A stretch of 64,000 nucleotides of DNA, from the NCBI GenBank assembly GCA_950097015.1, contig CATNEN010000001.1, forward strand, positions 10,416,001 to 10,480,000, written 5' to 3'. Both the position numbers and the translations under genes were made by a program. The DNA comes from Macrostomum hystrix (taxonomy: Eukaryota; Animalia; Platyhelminthes). Below are positions 55,165 to 64,000 of the stretch, one piece after another (position 1 is the stretch's first letter; every line of letters starts with the position of its first letter). The notes beneath the pieces were generated by a model, which saw only the letters and a program-made list of their open reading frames with translations, was not told where the DNA came from and did no database searches.

Positions 55165-57220
55165 AAATAAGGTGCACTGTCGGATGAGGAAATGGGAATA
55201 ATGTGTGGTATCGGATGAGGAAATGGGAATAAGATGTGGTATCGGATGAGGAAATGGGAATAAGGTGTGGTATCGGATGAGTAAATGGGAATAAGATGTG
55301 GTATCGGATGAGAAAATGGGAATAAGGTGTGGTATCGGATGAGTAAATGGGAATAAGATGTGGTATCAGATGAGGAAATGGGAATAAGATGTGGTATCAG
55401 ATGAGGAAATGGGAATAAGATGTGGTATCAGATGAGGAAATGGAAATAAGATGTGGTATCAGATGAGGAAATGGGAATAAGATGTGGTATCAGATGAGGA
55501 AATGGGAATAAGATGTGGTATCGGATGAGTAAATGGGAATAAGATGTGGTATCGGATGAGGAAATGGGAATAAGATGTGGTATCAGATGAGGAAATGGAA
55601 ATAAGATGTGGTATCAGATGAGGAAATGGGAATAAGATGTGGTATCGGATGAGTAAATGGGAATAAGATGTGGTATCCGATGAGTAAATGGGAATAAGGT
55701 GTGGTATCGGATGAGGAAATGGGAATAAGATGTGGTATAGGATGAGGAAATGGGAATAAGGTGTGGTATCGGATGAGGAAATGGGAATAAGGTGTAGTAT
55801 CGGATGAGGAAATGGGAATAAGGTGTGGTATCGGATGAGGAAATGGGAATAAGGTGTGGTATCGGATGAGGAAATGGGAATAATGTGTGGTATCGGATGA
55901 GGAAATGGGAATAAGGTGTGGTATCGGATGAGGAAATGGGAATAATGTGTGGTATCGGATGAGGAAATGGGAATGAGGTGTGGTATCGGATGAGAAAATG
56001 GGAATAATGTGTGGTATCGGATGAGGAAATGGGAATAAGGTGTGGTATCGGATGAGAAAATGGGAATAAGGTGCACTGTCGGATGAGGAAATGGGAATAA
56101 GGTGTGGTATCGGATGAGTAAATGGGAATAAGGTGTGGTATCGGATGAGGAAATGGGAATAAGATGTGGTATCGGATGAGAAAATGGGAATAAGATGTGG
56201 TATCGGATGAGTAAATGGGAATAAGGTGTGGTATTGGATGAGGAAATGGGAATAAGGTGTGGTATCAGATGAGTAAATGGGAATAAGGTGTGGTATCGGA
56301 TGAGGAAATGGGAATAAGGTGTGGTATTGGATGAGGAAATGGGAATAAGGTGTGGTATTGGATGAGGAAATGGGAATAAGGTGTGGTATCGGATGAGGAA
56401 ATGGGAATAAGGTGTGGTATCGGATGAGTAAATGGGAATAAGGTGTGGTATCGGATGAGGAAATGGGAATGAGGTGTGGTATCGGATGAGTAAATGGGAA
56501 TAAGGTGTGGTATCGGATGAGGAAATGGGAATAAGGTGTGGTATCGGATGAGTAAATGGGAATAAGGTGTGGTATCGGATGAGGAAATGGGAATAAGGTG
56601 TGGTATCGGATGAGTAAATGGGAATAAGGTGTGGTATCGGATGAGAAAATGGGAATAAGATGTGGTATCGGATGAGGAAATGGGAATAAGATGTGGTATC
56701 GGATGAGTAAATGGGAATAAGGTGTGGTATTGGATGAGGAAATGGGAATAAGGTGTGGTATCGGATGAGGAAATGGGAATAAGGTGTGGTATCGGATGAG
56801 TAAATGGGAATAAGGTGTGGTATCGGATGAGGAAATGGGAATGAGGTGTGGTATCGGATGAGTAAATGGGAATAAGGTGTGGTATCGGATGAGGAAATGA
56901 GAATAAGATGTGGTATTGGATGAGGAAATGGGAATAAGGTGTGGTATCGGATGAGGAAATGGGAATAAGATGTGGTATCAGATGAGGAAATGGGAATAAG
57001 ATGTGGTATCAGATGAGGAAATGGGAATAAGATGTGGTATCAGATGAGGAAATGGGAATAAGATGTGGTATCAGATGAGGAAATGGGAATAAGGTGTGGT
57101 ATCGGATGAGTAAATGGGAATAAGATGTGGTATCGGATGAGAAAATGGGGAAATAAGGTGTGGTATACCACAATAAGAGGTGTGGTGTCCGATGAGGAAA
57201 TGGGAATAAGGTGTGGTGTT
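55165..57220. repeat. 31-bp minisatellite (ATCGGATGAGGAAATGGGAATAAGGTGTGGT)n, array 1
   Basis: About 66 units. Confidence 0.98.
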
Positions 57221-58267
57221 TGATCAAAAAGCATTTACTTCTAAAGTAAAATTATAATATTAGAAACGCAGGAGTGCAAGCACGAAATTCAAACTTTCAA
57301 ATGCCCTTCAAATCCTTTCTAGCGGACAAAATTTTCGTTATAAAATATCGGATTTATCGTATGAACTTTTTTGTTTTTTTCTATGAGCTTGATTTGAAAG
57401 TGATAAATTGATAAATAAAATGCTTGTGCAAGTGATAAATTTTTTGAAATTGTCCTACGCGTTTTTATGAGCTATTACTTCCTCAAAGGATTTTCGGAAG
57501 CAAGTCAAGCAACAAATTTACGTACCGTCAGTCTCACCACGGCGCCCTTAATACCTTCGTGATCGGGTGCTTGACTACAAGCGGATCCTAGGACTTTAAA
57601 TAAATTCTTTAAACCACGTCATGCTTGGGCATTAGTTGACGGGGAGGGTTACAGCTGTGGCCAGGAGCAGCTGTTTTGACTGCCACGTCTCCACGCGATA
57701 TTCATTTCGCTCTCTGATCCCATTCCAAGCTGTTGTGGGCCCTTGAACTGGCTGAAACAGCGAATCGCATTGAATAAAGAACAACTGAGCTGGGAAGGGA
57801 AGCGTTCGTCGTTCACAATTTTCACATCGGCGACTTAGCCACTAGGCGCTAGCTACAATTCCAGAAGTTGGAGGGCGGTGTTGACGATTTGCGCTGCTGA
57901 CTACCCGAGAATAAGGCTTTCAATCATGCATAAACGAGCAGTGCAATTCTGTTTTTCCGTTTCGTTTCTGCTAGCCAAGTTCCCCAGGCTGAGCACTCAC
58001 AGCGTCTGAACTCAACTTGACGTCTGGGCTTTCATATCCGGGTGGCTGGGCATGGAACAGCGGCCAAAGCAGATAATGCCGTTTGCGTTTTTAAAAGTTT
58101 TTGCGCGCAGTTTTTTTGCCCAATCATGCCAATGTTAATGTGACTGTCGCAGACTAAGCACTGAGCACTCTATGAGCACTACGTGAGAAACTTCAGAGCC
58201 TAGGGCTTCCAACACATGGCAAAAAGCTGAACTCTTACAGCTGAATTTGGAAATTCAATGGGCAGCG

Positions 58268-58865
58268 TCCTCTCTGCTCTCTCCCGCTCTCTCTCCCTCT
58301 CTCCCTCTCTCCCTCTCTCCCTCTCTCCCTCTCTCCCTCTCTCCCTCTCTCCCTCTCTCCCTCTCTACTTCTCTCCCTCTCTCCCTCGCATTCGCCCATC
58401 ATTCGCTACATATCGGCTACCACCCCGCTTCCGTCGCAGGCTCCAAATATTTCGTTTTGGACAGCTCAACCGGCCGTCTCATCGGGAGGCCGGCGGACAT
58501 TGCAGCGGACTTCAGTCCGAAGCCTGGCCGCGGCCTTGGCTGGCAGATTCCCAGCCCGATTGAGGCGGCCTACTATGACCAGGACAGGCGGCTGGCGGTC
58601 TTCATCGCCAGAGAATGGGTGAGCAGCTGCTCGATACTCGCAAACCAAAATTTGAGAAATAATCTCAACGATCACTATTAGTAGCGTTGATGCAAACTTC
58701 ATTCTCGAGTGATTCAGTTCAGATTCAACACCGTTCTCCTTTGTCCAGGCACTCGAGTACGACCTCGAGGACCCGAGCGGAGCATTGCGCAAGCACAACT
58801 GCTGCGAGAGGCGACTCAAACTGTCCCACATGTTCCCGCAGCCTTCCAGCATTCGGCAGTCGCTG
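58268..58865 (+). pseudogene. Duplicated MMP fragment: end of intron 4, exon 5, intron 5 and the 5' part of exon 6
   Basis: Near-identical to about 48745-49382 including the intron; cut off at CGCTG 58865 by Gypsy sequence. Confidence 0.92.
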
Positions 58866-59733
58866 ACTAGATGTTGCTCGAAGGTAGCAGAGTGCACGAT
58901 GACGTCGTCAATGTACGCCATTGCCTCATGCTGCGGTACGCCTGCCAATACCAGGTTCATCAGGCGAGAGAAAGTGCTTGGTGCGCCCTTCAGCCCAAAT
59001 GGCATCACATTCCATTGCAGCAAACCGACTCCAGGGACAGCATATGCGGTGTACGGTTTGCAAGCTTCGCGCATAGGCACCTGGTGGTACCCGCTGCGGA
59101 GATCTAGGGTGGTGAAGTAGGATGACCTGTGCAACGATGCCAGCAGTTCGTCAATGCGCGGCAATGGCGTGACCTCTGACACGCTTCGCTCGTTGAGCTC
59201 CCGGTAGTCGATACAGACCCGTAGGGAGCCATCCTTCTTCTTTACCAACACCAGCGGCGAGCAGTAACGGCTGACCTTGCTAATCTCCAACCAATCCCTG
59301 GCCATCTGCTGCACCTCCTCGAGGTAGGCCTGAGGAATCCTCCGCGGCGCCGACTTCACGGGCCGGGGGTCGGTCAGCGTGATCTCATGTTGGACCACGG
59401 CGGTGACCGTCAAGTCTTCCTCCTGATCGGCGAACAGGTCGGCGTTGGCTCGCAACAGGTCGTCCAGCTGCACTTTCTGCTCCGCCGTCAGCTGGGGTCC
59501 CACTTCCACCTTTTCCACTCCGTTGAGGAACCCCGCAGGGTCGCAATCACACTCTGCATCTATCGCCCTAACCGCGGCTCGAGGCGGACTGCCCACTGAG
59601 GATGCACAGCTCTGGTACACCGAAGTGTCCTCTGGGGTCGGACTCAATCGCTCGCTCTCGATCTCATGCACGACGCGGTTGGCCTCCTCGGACCTTCTTT
59701 GCTCAACCACAGTGTTCTCTGGGGTCCAATCCT
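58866..59733 (-). mobile_element. Ty3/Gypsy pol fragment (linker plus reverse transcriptase, truncated after YIDD)
   Basis: QHEITLTDPRPVKSAPRRIP, SPLVLVKKKDGSLRVCIDYRELN, TTLDLRSGYHQV, MPFGLKGAPSTFSRLM, AYIDDVIVHSATFEQHL; no RNase H or integrase. Confidence 0.95.
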
Positions 59734-61070
59734 GCTGATGATACATGTGGCTGACATGCTGATGATGCATGTGGCTGACATGCTGATGATGCATGTGGCT
59801 GACATGCTGATGATGCATGTGGCTGACATGCTGATGATGCATGTGGCTGACATGCTGATGATGCATGTGGCTGACATGCTGATGATACATGTGGCTGACA
59901 TGCTGATGATACATGTGGCTGACATGCTGATGATGCATGTGGCTGACATGCTGATGATACATGTGGCTGACATGCTGATGATACATGTGGCTGACATGCT
60001 GATGATACATGTGGTTGACATGCTGATGATACATGTGGCTGACATGCTGATGATGCATGTGGCTGACATGCTGATGATGCATGTGGCTGACATGCTGATG
60101 ATGCATGTGGCTGACATGCTGATGATGCATGTGGCTGACATGCTGATGATACATGTGGCTGACATGCTGATGATACATGTGGCTGACATGCTGATGATAC
60201 ATGTGGCTGACATGCTGATGATACATGTGGCTGACATGCTGATGATGCATGTGGCTGACATGCTGATGATACATGTGGCTGACATGCTGATGATGCATGT
60301 GGCTGACATGCTGATGATACATGTGGCTGACATGCTGATGATGCATGTGGCTGACATGCTGATGATACATGTGGCTGACATGCTGATGATGCATGTGGCT
60401 GACATGCTGATGATGCATGTGGTTGACAAGCTGATGATACATGTGGTTGACATGCTGATGATACATGTGGCTGACATGCTGATGATACATGTGGCTGACA
60501 TGCTGATGATGCATGTGGCTGACATGCTGATGATACATGTGGTTGACATGCTGATGATACATGTGGCTGACATGCTGATGATACATGTGGTTGACATGCT
60601 GATGATGCATGTGGCTGACATGCTGATGATACATGTGGTTGACATGCTGATGATGCATGTGGCTGACATGCTGATGATACATGTGGTTGACATGCTGATG
60701 ATACATGTGGCTGACATGCTGATGATACATGTGGTTGACATGCTGATGATGCATGTGGCTGACATGCTGATGATACATGTGGTTGACATGCTGATGATGC
60801 ATGTGGCTGACATGCTGTTGATACATGTGGCTGACATGCTGATGATGCATGTGGCTGACATGCTGATGATGCATGTGGATGACATGCTGATGATACATGT
60901 GGCTGACATGCTGATGATGCATGTGGCTGACATGCTGATGATACATGTGGCTGACATGCTGATGATGCATGTGGCTGACATGCTGATGATGCATGTGGCT
61001 GACATGCTGATGATGCATGTGGCTGACATGCTGATGATACATGTGGCTGACATGCTGATGATGCATGTGG
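59734..61070. repeat. 24-bp minisatellite (GCTGATGATGCATGTGGCTGACAT)n
   Basis: About 55 units; on the minus strand it reads (MHHQHVSH)n in frame with the Gypsy fragment. Confidence 0.97.
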
Positions 61071-61523
61071 TTCCTGCCATAATTCCTATGGCAGTTCTAT
61101 TGCTCACATGAACTGCGTGCAGCAGTTGGTAAAATTTATAGTCCACTTTCCGATAATAAGAACTGTCAAAGATACCGGAGCATCGAAAACATGATAGATG
61201 ACTCACATCGCTGCTCTGAGCTTGATCCACCTTTTCTACGATTTCTAGAGTTTGTCAGAACTTCGTAAATAGCTATGCATCCTATAGTACATTTTGGACG
61301 AAAGGGGAACTTTAACACTGCTCTGTACAGTCTCCATGTTCTCGCATTTCTCAAAAGGGAACTTGCCATGAGTGTACTTTCAGAGTCTATTGTTCTTGGA
61401 AAGGGGAACTGCGTTGCCTATACGTGATCCAACAGTACTCAAATTCTTACCCCATCGAGTCGCTATTGGCAACCAATTCATTCTCTCCACGGTGTCTATA
61501 ATATTGAAAAATAATATAATTGT

Positions 61524-62165
61524 GAATAAGGTGTGGTAGCGGATGAGAAAATGGGAATGAGGTGTGGTATCGGATGAGGAAATGGGAATAAGATGTGGTA
61601 TCAGATGAGGAAATGGGAATAAGGTGTGGTATCGGATGAGAAAATGGGAATAAGATGTGGTATCAGATGAGAAAATGGGAATAAGATGTGGTATCAGATG
61701 AGGAAATGGGAATAAGGTGTGGTATCGGATGAGAAAATGGGAATGATTTGTGGTATCGGATGAGAAAATGGGAATAAGATGTGGTATCGGATGAGAAAAT
61801 GGGAATAAGGTGTGGTATCGGATGAGAAAATGGGAATGAGGTGTGGTATCGGATGAGAAAATGGGAATAAGATGTGGTATCGGATGAGGAAATGGGAATA
61901 AGATGTGGTATCGGATGAGGAAATGGGAATAAGATGTGGTATCGGATGAGAAAATGGGAATAAGATGTGGTATCGGATGAGAAAATGGGAATAAGGTGTG
62001 GTATCGGATGAGAAAATGGGAATGAGGTGTGGTATCGGATGAGAAAATGGGAATAAGATGTGGTATCGGATGAGGAAATGGGAATAAGATGTGGTATCGG
62101 ATGAGGAAATGGGAATAAGATGTGGTATCGGATGAGGAAATGGGAATAAGGTGTGGTATCGGATG
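61524..62165. repeat. 31-bp minisatellite, array 2 (same unit and orientation as 55165-57220)
   Basis: About 20 units. Confidence 0.97.
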
Positions 62166-63614
62166 GCATGTGGATGGGATCACATGTGACCCTCCCCAAG
62201 TTAAAGCGTGCCTTGCATGGCAACCAATTCAACTAGCAATGATTCGTGTGCAACTAGAGGGCTGCAACCCCTGAATTCTATTGTCAAAAACTATCAGAAA
62301 TACTTGAGTTACTGACAAACTCCCTCCTGGAGAGGGTGGGAAATCACCAGTATTATCAGGGCTTGTGATTCGCAGTTACTCACGGCTCCCCAGCAGCTCA
62401 CGGCCAGCGGCACGAAGCTCGCAGTCGCCTCACGGTTGATGGAAGAAGCTGGTGATGGGCTGAAAATGATGTTGAAAACAGGGAATGGAATTCGTAGGGT
62501 ATGAGTTGTGCAGGGAATTAAGAGGACGTTGGAGCAACACACCTTTGGGTTATTGGACAGTGAAACGACAGAAGGAGAATGCAATGCAATTACATTCGCA
62601 TTACTAGTAATGCATTCCTACTACTGAGCTGGTTAAAAATAATGAAGATGGGATCAGTTTAAGATGGGATCAAATAAGATGAGGGAAGGGACACGGATAA
62701 CATCAGAGGAAAATTACTCACTGCTCACAAGCAGCTCACAGGCAGTGGCAATGAGTTCGCAATCGTTTATTGGGTTTCTTGCAGAAGCTGCCAGCGTGCT
62801 CAAGCTGTCCAGGAGGGCTTGAAGCAGTTGCATTGAGTTTTCTCTGAGTAGTTACAGCTCAGCTTTCAGTTTTCAGTCAGTTGAGGAAGGCGGGCATTTT
62901 GTCCTGGAGTCTGCTGTGTTGAGTTGCCCTTAGCAACCATGCGCCCTAACTCTGACTTGTACGCTTTAACTGAGTACTTAAGAGGAGGTGGAGGAGCTAC
63001 TGACATCCTGCACCAGCTAACTGCATAGCAAGTAAGAGAGCGCGCATCCTCAGCAGTCACAGGGCATTGTGCTCAATTCCCATTGTTATGGCCTGGTCTG
63101 GGAGCTTCTCTCTCTCCACCTCCCTGCCATCTATCTGCCTCATTGTGCAAATGCTCAAGTTATGAAATTATCAGTTCTACAGGCAAAAAAACAGCTAAAA
63201 CATTCACTCTTTCTACCTCCTATCTATCAGAACATCTTTTCAACAGCCAGTTTTATGATCATCTCGAGTCTCTGGGTCTCTACAAGGGCATGCTGAGACT
63301 AGGGCTGAGTTGACGAGGCCTGGTGTTGTGGTGTTGAGTAGTTTTCTAGATGAAGTACAGACGATGCAAGAAGATCCTGAATGAGGTCAATGTTTGCACC
63401 TGCAACCTGAAAAGTGTTTGCTAACAAAGACTTTGCTAACAAAGAGCCAGTCACTGTGTCCCTCTGTGATCACGCCTTTCATGACAAGTTAGTGCTTCAA
63501 TTTCATTGTTTGTACTAAAAGCGGTCCTAGAAGTTAAGACTCTTGGTCTCAGTCACATAGCCAGTGTGGCAGCACTGGCCACAATCGTCTTTGGTAGGAC
63601 AGTCTACCCATCTC

Positions 63615-63700
63615 AGCAGTCAGCTGGAGTGTCAGTGCAGTCAGCTGCATTGTCAGTGCAGTCAGCTGCATTGTCAGTGCAGTCAGCTAGAGTGTCAGTG
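63615..63700. repeat. 21-bp tandem repeat (GTCAGTGCAGTCAGCTGCATT)n
   Basis: About 4 units abutting the third MMP exon 5 copy. Confidence 0.85.
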
Positions 63701-64000
63701 CTCCCTCTCATTCGCCCATCATTCGCTACATATCGGCTACCACCCCGCTTCCGTCGCAGGCTCCAAATATTTCGTCTTGGACAGCTCAACCGGCCGTCTC
63801 ATCGGCAGGCCGGCGGACATTGTAGCGGACTTCAGTCCGAAGCCTGGCCGCGGCCTTGGCTGGCAGATTCCCAGCCCGATTGAGGCGGCCTACTATGACC
63901 AGGACAGGCGGCTGGCGGTCTTCATTGCCAGAGAATGGGTGAGCAGCTGCTCGATACTCGCAAACCAATATTTGAGAAATAATCTCAACTATCACTATTA
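63701..64000 (+). pseudogene. Third copy of MMP exon 5 with flanking intron sequence, running off the window end
   Basis: Near-identical to about 48900-49197. Confidence 0.85.

Noticed and set aside
55165-57220. CRISPR-like array (about 30-bp repeats)
   Set aside because: Units are contiguous with no unique spacers, the context is eukaryotic and there are no cas genes
58466-59733. Intact or domesticated retroelement or RT system
   Set aside because: The RT is truncated just after YIDD; no gag, protease, RNase H, integrase or flanking LTRs are seen

Overview
Eukaryotic (metazoan) genomic DNA: GT-AG spliced genes with GC-rich exons in AT-rich, minisatellite-dense intergenic DNA. The overall style suggests a free-living flatworm such as Macrostomum, which is an inference only. 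Genes I could assemble by hand with consistent exon phases are: the last exon of a rhodopsin-type GPCR, a 3-exon clan-2 cytochrome P450, two intronless paralogous orphan GPCRs, a 10-exon KATNAL2 (minus strand), a 2-exon RPS8 (head-to-head with KATNAL2) and a 6-exon MMP21-like metalloproteinase. There is also a 939-codon orphan ORF with a tandemly duplicated C-terminal domain that I cannot assign to a family. Roughly a fifth of the window is tandem repeat (units of about 10-33 bp), and these repeats explain most long ORFs in the track. Mobile DNA includes two tRNA-derived SINE families, a solo LTR with TSD, a LINE 3' end, a hAT-type MITE with 8-bp TSD, an inverted pair of TA-flanked MITEs, a perfect foldback and a Ty3/Gypsy RT fragment. 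The last 9 kb is a rearranged mosaic of satellite arrays, two extra copies of MMP hemopexin exons and a Gypsy RT fragment in frame with a His-rich repeat. The best novelty candidates are the orphan duplicated-domain protein and this mosaic; neither is shown to be a functional new system from sequence alone.
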